Assembly (NCBI GenBank): GCA_002633005.1
Contig: NMRA01000079.1
Span: forward strand, 1 to 56,735
Source of the DNA: Phoronis australis
Lineage: Eukaryota > Animalia > Phoronida
Direction: 5' to 3'
Length of the DNA: 56,735 bases
This document shows positions 23,493-35,226 of the stretch, piece by piece; the stretch's first letter is position 1, and each line of letters opens with the position of its first letter. The translations under genes and the position numbers were made by a program. The notes beneath the pieces were generated by a model. That model saw only the letters and a list, made by a program, of their open reading frames with translations, did no database searches and had not been told where the DNA came from.

Positions 23493-26400
23493 TTAAAGCG
23501 CTCCGAGGAGCGAAACGTGGCGAAATTAACCAAAAAGATAACGATAAAGATGATGACGAAGATGACGAATATGACGACGATGGTGGCGAGGATGAACAAA
23601 AGAAGTAAATAATAACGTACACATGACGAACGTAGAAGTCCGAAATCAGTAGGAAAAAGGCTACAGTCTTGAGCGACACTTGGCGAAATTAACGGAAAAG
23701 ACAATGACGGAGATGATGACGAAGATGATGACGATGATGACGAATATGATGATGGTGGTTGCGATGATGAACAACATCACAACATTCATATGACGAACTT
23801 AGATGTCATAAATCAATAAGAAATAGACTACAGTCTACTTCAATAGAAGATAAACCAACATCAATGCAGCAAGAGCGCTCAACAAAGGAACAGCGATATC
23901 AGAAATTTTCGAATAACTCGAAAAGTAGACGTCCTAACGTAAAATGGAAAACAGCTTCTGAAAGCCCGTTCAAAATCTGTCTAAGCTGATGGTATCACCT
24001 AATTCCAAAAATTTTTCGAAAGAAATGAAATTTTGCGTTTTTTTAAGAAATTCAAAGTCAAATAACTCGAAAACGGTAAGTCTGAGAAAAAAATTGTTAC
24101 AGGCCATTTGAAAGAATATCCTTAAAAGAATCCACATGCAAAAAAATCACGTCTTTTTCTCTTCCCGTTTAAAATCGCACTCCAGCACGACTGAAAGTGG
24201 GTCAACATGTGCCAGATCCGCCATCTTGAAAGCAACTTCCGGTTTTTTGGCTTTGTATGATAGCATGTCCTAAGAAACTAATACCTGTAAAAATTCGAAG
24301 GAATTGGTCTCATAATGCGCCCTCTACAGAAGAAAACGTTTTAAGGCCAAAATCGAGGTGCGCATGCGCGATCGCCGATATTTCCGCCATCTTTAACCGG
24401 AAGTAAACAATTTCCAGTATACTTGTAGCAAACTTCTAGTCCATTTGCTGTGCCGATTCGTAGCCTTTTAAGTAAAAAATTGTAGCCTCCAGAAGCATTT
24501 GAACCTTTAAATGAAAACAAAATGGCCGCCACAGCCGCCATGTTGAATCTATTTTGACGAAAAAGAATAGGCCTCCAGTACTTCCGGAACTACGTGGTAT
24601 GTGTAAATTTCGTGATGATCGGACGAAAATTGCAACCTGTATTGTGCGAACAAACAAAAAAAATGACGACGTTGACGAATATGACGACGATGGTGGCGAG
24701 GATGAACAAAAGAAGTAATAATAACATACACATAACGAACGTAGAAGTCCGAAATCAGTAAGAAAAAGGCTACAGTCTTGAGCGACACTTGGCGAAATTA
24801 ACGGAAAAGACAACGACGGAGATGATGACGACGATGATGACGAATATGATGATGGTGGTGGCGATGGTGAACAACATCACAACATTCATATGACGAACTT
24901 AGATGTCGTAAATCAATAACAAATAGGCTACAGTCTAGTTCAATAGAAGATAAACCAACATCAATGCAGCAAGAGCGCTCAACAAAGGAACATCGTTATC
25001 AGAAAATCTCAAATAACTCGAAAAGTAGACGTCCTAGCGAAAAATGGAAAACAGCTTCTGAAAGCCCGTTCAAAATCTGTCTAAACTGATGGAATCACCT
25101 AATTCCGTAAGTTTTTCGAAAAAAATGAAATTTTGCGTTTTTTTTTAAGAAATTCAAAGTCAAATAACTCGAAAACGGTAAGTCTGAGAAAAAAATTGTT
25201 ACAGGCCATTTGAAAGAATATGCTTCAAAAAATCCACATGCAAAAATCACGTCTTTTTCTCTTCCCGTTTAAAATCGCACTCCAGCACGACTGAAAATGG
25301 GTTAACATGCACCAGGTCCGCTTTCTTGAAAGCAACTTCCGGTTTTTTGGGTCAGTAAAATAGCATGTCATAAAGAACTAGTGTCTGTAAAAATTCGAAA
25401 GAATTGGTCTGACAATGCGCCCTCTACAGGAGAAAACGTTTTTAGGCCAAAATCGAGGTGCGCATGCGCGATCGCCGATATTTCCGCCATCTTTAACCGG
25501 AAGTAAAGAATTTCCTGTATACCTGTAGAAATTTTCCTGTCCATTTACTGTGTCGATTCTTAGCTTTTTACGTAAACAATTGTAGCATCCAGAGGCATTT
25601 GAACCTTTGAATGAAAACAAATTGGCCGCCACAGCCGCCATCCAATTTTGACGAAAAACAATAGGCTTCCAGTACTTCCAGAAGTACGTGTTATGTGTAA
25701 ATTTCGTGATGATCGGACGAAAATTGCGACCTGTATCGTGCGAACAAACAAAAAAATGAAAGCGCTCCGAGGAGCGAAACTTGGCGAAATTAACCAAAAA
25801 GATGACGATAAAGATGATGAAGATGACGAATATGACGACGATGGTGGCGAGGATGAACAAAAGAAGTGGCGAACGTAGTGGTCCGAAATCAGTAAGAAAA
25901 AGGCTACAGTCTTGAGCGACACTTGACGAAATTAACGGAAAAGTCAACGACGGAGATAATGACGAAGATGATGACGATGATGACGAATATGATGATGGTG
26001 GTGGCAATGATGAACAACATCACAACATTCATATGACGAACTTAGATGTTATAAATCAATAAGAAATAGACTACAGTCTAGTTCAATAGAAGATAAACCA
26101 ACATCAATGCAGCAAGAGCGCTCAACAAAGGAACAGCGTTATCGGAAAATCTCAATTAACTCGAAAAGTAGACGTCCTAGCGAAAAATGGAAAACATCTT
26201 CTGAAAGCCCGTTCAAAATTCTATCTAAACTGATGATATCGTCTAAAATGATGGCGACATTTCAAATACATATTGCATCTTCAAGCGAATGACTGGCTAA
26301 AATAAAGACCGAGAGCGCTCGGAGGAGCGACACTTGGCGGAATTAATCGAAAGACGACAATGGGGAGGACGACGACAATCATGACGATCAAGGCGGCAAT

Positions 26401-29400
26401 AATGAATAACACGGTAACATTCATGTGACTAGCGAAGAAATCAAATAGAGAGCATATAATGAACTACAATAAAGAACAATAGATAGCGCAACATGACGGA
26501 CGAGCCATGCTTTACAGTGGGACAGTGCTGGCTGGGTCAGTCTGGGTCAACTAGGCATCACCAAAACAAAGTGAACTGAAAGCCAGCCACCTGCGCGCTT
26601 GGATAGGAACAACGGTATCCGAAAATCTCGAATAATTCAAAAAGTAGACGTCGTAGCGCAAAATGGAAAATATCTTCTGAAAGCCCGTTCAAATCTCAAA
26701 GTGGTAGTTTGGCAAAAATCCAAAAAAATTTCGAAAAAATTGAAAATTTGCCGTTTTTTTTGAAATTCAAAGTCAAATAACTCGAAAACGGTAAGTCTGA
26801 GAAATACACTCTCCCAGACTTTTTGAAAGCCATACTTCAAGGAATCCACATGCAAAAATTCACGTCATTTGCTCTTCCCATAAAAAATGCGACACCAGAG
26901 CGATTGAAACCGTGTGAACATGGCCCACAGCCGCCATCTTGAAAGTGACTTCCGGTTCAATAATTTTTTATAAAAGCTTATCAAACTCAACAAACACGTG
27001 AACAGTTTGAAAGTAATTGGTTTGCAAATACGCCCTCTACAGGAGAAAACGTTTTTGGCCGTATTTCGGGGTGCGCATGCGCCACGTCCAATATTTCCGC
27101 CATCTTTAACCGAAAATCAACGATTTTCGCACAATTGTAGGACATGCGTTGTAGTATATTCGTACTGATTTTCAGCCATGTAGGTCGAAAAATGGGGCCT
27201 CTACGAGTATTTGACTGTGAAAGCGGATACAAAATGGCCGCCACGTCCGCCATTTTGTATCCGATCATGACCAAAAACAATAGCGTTCCAGTGAATAAGG
27301 ATTTACATGTTGTGTGCAAATTTTGTGAAAATCGGACGAAAATTGCGACCTGTAGAGAGCTAACAAACAAAAAAAAACCGAGAGCGCTCGGAGGAGCGAC
27401 ACTTGGCGAAATTAATCGAAAAGACGACGATGAGGGAGACGACGATAATCATGAAGATCAAGACGGAAATTATGAATAACACGATAACATTCATGTGACT
27501 AGCGAAGAAATCAAATAAAGAGCATACAATCAACTACAATAAAGAACAATAGATGGCGCAACATGACGGTCCAGTCTACAGTAGGACAGTGCTGGCTGGG
27601 TCAGTCTGGGTCAACTAGGCATAACCAAAACAAAGTGAGCTGAAAGCCAGCCCGCTGCGTGTGACCGAAGGAACAACGGTATCCGAAAATCTCGAATAAT
27701 TCAAAAAGTAGACGTCGTAGCGCAAAATGGAAAATAACTCCTGAAAGCCCGATCTAAACTCTATCTAATGTGGTAGTTTGGCAAAAATCCAAAAAATTTT
27801 CGAGAAAATTGAAAATTTGCCGTTTTTTATTGAAATTCAAAGTCAAATAACTCGAAAACGGTAAGTCTGAGAAATACGCTCTCGCAGCCTTTTTCAAAGG
27901 CCATACTTCAAGGAATCCACATGCAAAAATTCACGTCACTTGCTCTTCCCATAAAAAATGTGACACCAGAGCGATTTAAACCGTGTGAACATGCGCCACA
28001 GCCGCCATCTTGAAAGTAACTTCCGGTTCAATAATTTTTTATAAAAGCATATTAAACTCAACAAACACGTGACCAGTTTGAAAGTGATTGGTTTGCAATT
28101 GCGCCCTCTACAGGAGAAAACGTTTTTAGCCATATTTCAGGGTGCGCATGCGCCACGTCCAATATTTCCACCATCTTGAATCGGAAGTCAACGACTTTCT
28201 GCACACTTGTAGCACATGCGTTTTAGTATATTCGTACCGATTTTCAGCCATGTAGGTCGAAAAATGCGGCCTCTACGAGCATTTGACTGTGAAATTGGAT
28301 ACAAAATGGCCGCCACGTCCGCCATTTTGTATCCGATAATGACCAAAAACAATAAGCTTCTAGGACTTTTCGATCTACACGTTGTGTGCAAACTTCGTGA
28401 AAATCGAATCAAAATTGCGACCTGTAGAGTGCAAACAAACAAAAAAAAACTTGCTGTCAGATCAACATACTTGGCGGAAGAATTCCGCCAAGTAAAAAAA
28501 AACTTTTCTGTCAGACCAACATACTTGGCGGAAGAATTCTGTCAAGTAAATTTTGCTGTCAGACCAACATACTTGGCAGAAAAATTCCGCGAAGTAAAAA
28601 ACTTGCTGTCAGACCAACATACTTGGCGGAAGAATTCCGCCAAGTAAAAAAACGAGAGCGCTCGGAGGAGCGACATTTGGTGGATCATGACCAAAAACAA
28701 CAGCTTTCCAGTGATTTCCAATCTACATGCTGTGTGCAAATTTCGTGAAAATCGGTCGAAAATTGCGACCTGTAGAGAGCGAACACACAAAAAAAATTGC
28801 TGTCAGACCAACATACTTGAAGGAAAAATTCCGCCAAGTAACAAACTTAGTGGAAGAGCAACATACTTGGCGAAATTTATTTCGCCAAGTAATGACGATA
28901 ATGACAAGTATGATGATGGTGGGGGCGATGATGAACAACATTACAACATTCATATGACGAACTTAGATGCCATAAATCAATAAGAAATAGGCTACAGTCT
29001 ACTTTAATAGAAGATAAACCAACATCAATGCAGCAAGAGCGCTCAACAAAGGAACAGCGTTATCAGAAAATCTCCAATAACTCAAAAAGTAGACGCCCTA
29101 GCGGAAAATGGGTAATATCTTCTGAAAGCCCGTTCAAAATTCTATCTAAACTGATGGTGTCGCCTAATTCCGTAAATTTTTCGAAAAAATGAAATTTTGC
29201 GTTTTTTTAAGAAATTCAAAGACAAATAACTCGAAAACGGTAAGTCTGAGAAAAACCTTGTTAGAGGCCATTTGAAGGAATATCCTTCAAAGAATCCACA
29301 GGCAAAAAATCACGTCTCTTCCCGTTTAAAATCCAATTCAGCACGACTGAAAATGGGTCAACATGCGCCAGATCTGCCATCTTAAAAGCAACTTCCGGCT

Positions 29401-29862
29401 TTTTGGCTTTGTATAATAGCACGTCATAAGACACTAATACCTGTAAAAATTCGAAGGAATTGGTCTGATAATGCGCCCTCTACAGGAGAAAACGTTTTTA
29501 GGCCAAAATCGAGGTGCGCATGCGCGATCGCCGATATTTCCGCAATTTTTTCCCGGAAGTAAATAATTTCCGATACACTCATAGCACACTTCCGGTCCAT
29601 TTACTGTGCCGATTCTTAGCCTTTTACGTAAAAATTTGTAGCTTCCAGAAGCATTTGAACCTTTAAATGAAAACAAAATGGCCGCCACAGCTGCCATCTT
29701 GGATCCGATTTTGACGAAAAACAATAGGCTTCCAGTACTGTCGGAAGTACGTGTTTTGTGTAAATTTCGTGATGATCAGACGAAAATTGCGACCTGTATC
29801 GTGCGAACAAAAAAAACTTAGTGGAAGAGCAACATACCTGGCGAAATTTATTTCGCCAAGTA
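23493..29862 (-). mobile_element. Tandem array of two subfamilies of Helentron-associated non-autonomous elements (HINE/DINE-1-like), ~1.1 kb units
   Basis: Units: A 23493-24663, A 24664-25757, partial A 25758-26235, B ~26305-27378, B 27379-28450, deleted B ~28652-28840, A ~28890-29862. The minus strand shows a T-run, a 5' hairpin/sub-TIR (TACTTGGCGGAA..TTCCGCCAAGTA), a GTTT microsatellite, a conserved core (CAGGTCGCAATTTTCGTCCGAT..TCACGAAATTT), then the 3' sub-TIR CGCCAAGT plus hairpin CGCTC..GAGCG. Inserted in an A/T run with no TSD. Confidence 0.75.
28449..28652. repeat. Four tandem ~50 bp copies of the element's 5' hairpin module
   Basis: (a)cttgctgtcagaccaacatacttggcggaagaattccgccaagtaaaaa repeated 4 times with variants. 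Further copies at 28796-28891. Confidence 0.9.
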
Positions 29863-30410
29863 AAAACATAAAATAAAAACGTCATTGACAACAACAATTT
29901 CCGGGGACTACCGCTAGAGTGCTGAGATCCAGCAGGTGCCGAGACAAAGGCGGCCAGACGTAGCCAACTCGGGAGTCAAAATCTGAGATAGCCCTGCACC
30001 ATAGCCACCAAGCTGAAAAGTGCGTATCTTGGAACTAATGTATTTGTGTTTATTATAGCCTTCGAGTTATCAAGCAACATCGCTAAGTTCAGCTGCTTGT
30101 GTGGCCGTACAGTTTGACCCATAGTTGACGCTTTTCAACATCATTTTTCGGCTTAGGACATGGCAAAAATGACGGGATATTATGATTCTGGAGCAGCATA
30201 ACGGCTGTCGGTGCTACACACGTCATATCAACACCGTTTCCCCATTCTTAGCGGACAATTTCGTGAGCTATAGACTAAAGTAAGTTTTACTCGACTGCTT
30301 GTGGTTTGTATGGTAAAATGGCGGCTTGGAAACGCAGACGAAGGTGTGCCAAGAATGCTGCGTTCTGATTGGTCAATTAAGCCGACCGTCATAATCCTGG
30401 CGATAGGTCA

Positions 30411-32569
30411 ATAACAAGCTTTTCAGAATTCCCAAACAGAACATTAGAACACCTCTCTGGCATACAAGCCCAACCATCTGAAGTCCGAAAACTACTAGAA
30501 AATATTTACGAAAACAAAAACGACGGTACCAATCTCATAACCAATAAAATGATTAAGCTAATAGCAAGAAAGCTTACAGCTCCTTTGACAACATTATATA
30601 ACAAAATACTACAAGATCTGGAAAATTTCCTTTGAACTGGAAACTTGGTGTTATGATACCAATACACAAAAAGAACTCCAAAACAGACATTGCAACTATC
30701 GCACCGTAACTCTACTTAACACTCTATCCAAAATTTTAGAAAAAATAATTTCTAAACACATGTTTGACCACCTCTCTTCAGAAAACCTCATATATCGTCG
30801 CCAAATCGGATTCATGCCTGGGCCCGGTCTCCAATCTTTTTACTCGAAATGGAACTCGAAATTAGGTTTGGAATTTTCTACTCCACATTTGGGCGAACTC
30901 AAGATAAGTGTCTATTATTCTATGCTTGAGTACACAATAACTTACGTAGATAATTTATTGCCCCTAGTTCACAGTTTGTAAACCCAAAATTAAAGCAATC
31001 AGTTCGAGTTTTAACTCGAAATTTCGAGTTTTTACTCGAGTTTGTATCACGAATATAAGGGTCTCCAAGGGCAAACTTGAACTAGAAACTCCTATGCATA
31101 AACTATAATGTATTCGAACACAGTGTGATAACCAATTATCTTAAGTTTGCACAAAAGGAGCAGAGAAATTGCCAAAAATAGTTTCGAGTTCGTTTCGAGT
31201 ACAAAGATTGGAGACCGGGCCCTGGTAACAGCACTGTGTCCCGACTTACAGAAATTGTACACGAAATCCACCTCCAGTTTGAGCAAGGATATAACGTGAG
31301 ATCCGTATTCTTAGACATTGCGTCAGCTTTTGATGTCGTTCCCCATGATCTGCTTCTACATAAATTACAATCTTAAGCTTTTTCCGGAACTCTCTTCTCA
31401 CTTTTAAAAACATATCTGGAATGTCGAACTTATAAAGTCCGAATAGAGGGTGTCTTATCACGCTCATCAATGCCAGTTTTCGTAAATGCTGGAGTACCAC
31501 AGGGTAGCGTACTAGGCCCCTTACTCTTTTTATTGTACATCAATGGTCTTCCAGACACAACAAACTCTAAAACATTCTTATAGGCTGATGACACTGGAAT
31601 TTTCTACCCATTCTCAAAAGAGAATCCCCGTGACTCCTTACAATTGCAAACTGACCTAAACAAACTCTATGACTGGTCTTGCAAATGGAAGATGAAATTT
31701 AAACCTGATCTTATATTTTCTAAGTCTAATAATACTCAATTCCAAACAAATCCAATGCTGGAATTATCACTCAATGAGGAAGTTATTCCCAATAAGTTCA
31801 CACACAAGCACCTTGGATTGCTACTAGACCACAAGCTTACATTTACTCCTCACTGTCGCGAACTCGTTCACAAGGTACAAAAATTAATCAATCCAATTAG
31901 AATTGTCTCTCGTCATCTCAACTCCATGCATCTTGAAACTCTGTTCAAGTTTTTTGTTCTTCCACATCTAGATTACTGTGACATAATCTACCAATCGGCA
32001 AACGCTGGCATACTTCTTCAATTAGAAAGACTACAATACCAAGCAGCTTTAGCCATAACAGGAGCATACACAGAATCCAACACAATCAAGGTTCTAAACA
32101 ATCTCAACTGGAGCAAACTAGCAATCCGTCGTAAAATCCACTTGTCCATGTATACATTCAAAGTCTTGACCAACATAAACAATTACTCAAACAAAATCCT
32201 CTTTGACTCCTACAAAAGACCTAACACGAGACCAGGACTGCGTCAAAGTAATATGAACACTATCCCATCTTCCCTTAGTCAAGCCTTCAGGAAATCTACC
32301 ATATTAACTTGTATTGACAATTGGAATTCCTTACCATCCAAAATAAAAGAAAGCACTTCAATCGTCACTCTAAAAAATAACTTTAAAATGCATACTACTC
32401 CTCAAGAGTTGCCAGTCCCAATGACATTGTTCTACTTCCCTGCAACCACGAAATAATCCCATACAGATCAATATGCCGTCTATTCCTAAACAACGAGAAT
32501 TTAGACATAATTTATAAGATTTCACCTCTGTGTTGCTGTGGAGACGCACAGACAAATGCTCATGTTTTT
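30411..32569 (+). mobile_element. CR1/L2-group LINE, 3' part (RT and C-terminus)
   Basis: NYRTVTLLNTLSKILEKII, QIGFMPG|NSTVSRL, VFLDIASAFDVVPH, NAGVPQGSVLGPLLFLLYING, *ADDT, LQTDLNKLYDWSCKWKMKF, HKHLGLLLD, VLPHLDYCDIIY, and the terminal SPLCCCGD...H. Confidence 0.92.
30821..31221. mobile_element. PIF/Harbinger(PHIS)-type MITE, 401 bp, CTG TSD
   Basis: TIRs GGCCCGGTCTCCAATCTTT / AAAGATTGGAGACCGGGCC, with CTG at 30818-30820 and 31222-31224. Excision restores the RT motif FMPGNSTVSRL. Internal ACTCGAA repeats. Confidence 0.9.
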
Positions 32570-33237
32570 TGTCACGTTTTCCCCCGTGGGTGGGTGGGCG
32601 CAGGTAGTTACAGACCGGTGCTAATAGCTTTCGGTGTGACGATTGACTGAACATTGGTTCGAGTTAATCCTTTATTAATCCCGACCGTACGTTCACAAGC
32701 CTACTTAAACAAAACGTCCGGCGTAATGTCTGTTTATGCTCCAGCCAGTGCTGCGAAGCCTTGACTTGTGATGAACTTCAGAGACACGTTCAGCAACTGT
32801 TACACTCGTCTATTCAATAACCTGTTGTCTCTATAGCTGGCTCTCTATTGACTATCGCTGTAACTGCTGATTCTCTTCACTGCATCTCAACTGTAGTTCT
32901 CCTGATTAACTTTCTTGAACTTACTTGATCTCACTTGATCTCCCGACTTGATCTGACTAATGCATTGTTTTGGAACTTTTCATCAATTCAAGCACATTCT
33001 ATAACTTTCCTGAATCTACCCAACCATTCTACAAACATGTACTAGTCTCTAGAATAGTCCAGACTGCATTAATCACTGTCATGCTAGAGTCTTCTAGAAA
33101 GTTCCACACTATACTGTAGTAAACAAATTAGATCATCACTGTTCTGACCTCAGTCTTCTAGAAAGTTCTACACTATTTTGGTAGTAAACAAATTACATCA
33201 TCACTGTACTTAACTCAGGGGTTGAAACTGAATAACA
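32570..33237 (-). repeat. Possible solo-LTR-like segment truncating the CR1 3' end
   Basis: Begins TGTCACG exactly where the LINE homology stops. Contains a minus-strand AATAAA (~32672), CTTGATCT triplets and a ~64 bp tandem duplication (33088-33208). No TSD found. Confidence 0.3.
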
Positions 33238-33349
33238 AAACAACAAAAACTACTGTCAGACTATATTCTGACAGTTTTCTTTGCTTGTGAGGTATGCAAG
33301 GAGCAGAGGGTACAGCTTTTCCAGACACTCGAACAATACCCCAATATTT

Positions 33350-33857
33350 ATGCTTGAAGCTAATACATGTAGGTCTACTGTTGATCAACAAATTAAACCA
33401 GATGTGACTAATTGCACATGACAGCAAAATGCTATGAGCCACCACTGTCGAATATATGTTCAACATGTCAACAATACGACCAGATGACCTGGTTCGTGTA
33501 GAAAGCATTTTTATCAAGAATTTATTAGAAGAAACGTAACTCTGCATTCAGTATGATACCTAATCCGTAACACTACGATCGCCGCAATTTGGTCATGTTT
33601 ACTTTTCATGTTTCGAACCTAGTTTTCCGGAAAAAAACTTGTATCCTTCGTCAAACAACTCTTTGGTGCATTGACTTGTTCTTTAACTGTATTTTTCTAC
33701 GTCTCTGTGGTTAATTATTGACACATTTTTTAAGATTTATTATTCAGGTTGGACTCCAAAGACCGGCCATTTATCTCACGCAATGTAAATTTCCGCTTTG
33801 TTTATCGCATTGAGCCCCGCTTTGGATTTTAATGTCCGCCGCGTGAATTGGGTCTAT
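33350..33857 (-). mobile_element. Second copy of the ATAGACCC-terminus element (see 5738-6200)
   Basis: Reverse-complement identity to 5738-6200. Ends in GGGTCTAT. Confidence 0.75.
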
Positions 33858-35226
33858 GTGTAACGCGCTGCTAGTAATAAGCTGCCCTGTTGCTCTAAGG
33901 TCTATCTTTCTCATACACTGTGTCGAGTTTTAAACTGAGTCAGGATTATACTTGACTATCCAGGTTGTTTATGACAGAATGTAGCAAACATTCTTACCAC
34001 GGGCACACTCCCTACCACACAAGCCAAAAAATCTTTCCACGCATGAAAACGTCTTACCACGAAGCCAGAAGTCAAGCCACATGAAAACCGGCAATCGTAC
34101 CACAAACGAATAAGATAGTAGTGTTAAGTGATCGTCAAAGGACGCAACCTTGTAAAAAGTCGGGCCCGCATTTCGGTCACCTGCATTGGAAATTGTCCGT
34201 GGTAAGGGGGTCTGTCTGTGGTTGAGTTGAATGTTGTATGTGTGATAAGGTTTTTTAGATGTGTAGTATGGGGGCCGCCCGTATTGAAAGTGGGTCTCCA
34301 CTCCCGGCATATACAAAATGCTTCGCAACCCGGGTTAAACGTGCCTGTACACGCTTTAATCTGGCGACTTACACCTGTGAACCACTACGTAGATATCAGT
34401 TTTAAAGCAAAAAATGTTTTCATTTTGTAATTAATAAAGGGCGTCTTTTTGGCGGAACGCTCAATCTTTATAAGAAGTATAATTATTCCTCTGACACATC
34501 TTATGTTATTACGACAATTTGGGAGGTTGACACAATTTTGGCCTGTACTATAGTCAACATTCTAGAATGGAGTGAAAAGTGGCACTTCCAGATAAAAAGC
34601 GGGACATCTGGATCGAAGGCAAAACTCAAGGGTGAACTGTTTGCTGCAACACACAAAAACGTCTTGACAGCATTTTTTATCCAATGGCAGTCGCAACTTC
34701 CAAAAGTGCACGGTGGTGTATCTTTTTTATTTGAACGGGAAATTGCAGGTGCCGCAAAACACATGAGACGTGCCCTTTTTTAGTTGAGCAGGAAAATATG
34801 GCTGTTGTGCGTGGGAAATTGCAATATTTCACGATAACATGTCAATTTTGCCATGTGACAAAAACCTGGACCTATTGATGATGTGGCGAGATGGCGGGGA
34901 AAACCCAAAAAGTGGGACAATATGCCAGGAGCGGGACAATTGGCAAGTACTTGTACAACGCACGCTGTCAGTAACACAAAGTATTGAATTGTATTTTTAC
35001 AAGATAAAATTTTCACTTTTTGAATTTTATTTTATGAGCAAAATTAAATACCACACACGTACACAAGGTAGGTAGGCATGAATTCTTTTCGAAATTTACG
35101 TAAACACACCTGTCAGTAGGGCCTAAATTTTTTATTTAAAATTGCAGAACAAACACTCAAAACCCAAAGCTTTCCATACAAAGTTGTGAAATGTTATTTT
35201 TTACAGTCGCCGTTGTTTTTCAGGAA

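Larger units (their letters stand above)
21981..30410. mobile_element. Non-autonomous TIR DNA transposon with 2-bp AT TSD (ISL2EU/PHIS-like), carrying nested insertions
   Basis: TIRs TGACCTATCGC (21981) and GCGATAGGTCA (30410), flanked by AT on both sides. Removing the element and one AT rejoins the LINE in frame (...KSHVAP-I-TSFSEFP...EVRKLL). Confidence 0.85.

Noticed and set aside
28449-28652. CRISPR-like array of palindromic repeats
   Set aside because: The intervening sequences are near-identical rather than unique spacers, there are no cas genes, and the context is eukaryotic. The unit is the terminal hairpin of the surrounding element.
23399-29897. Many Ser-rich, Asp-rich and hydrophobic ORFs (e.g. 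25378..26007, 26987..27370, 28216..28647)
   Set aside because: They are by-products of triplet tracts and repeated non-coding units. Frames are not conserved between copies.
33559-33572. CGTAACA as the right end of a 1-kb solo LTR starting TGTCACG at 32570
   Set aside because: That sequence lies inside the repeat shared with 5738-6200, and there is no TSD.
35191-35226. ORF-track N-terminal extensions of the two genes (35191 start; 50030 GTG start)
   Set aside because: Both extensions overlap polypyrimidine-AG acceptor sequences. The downstream ATGs give proper signal peptides.
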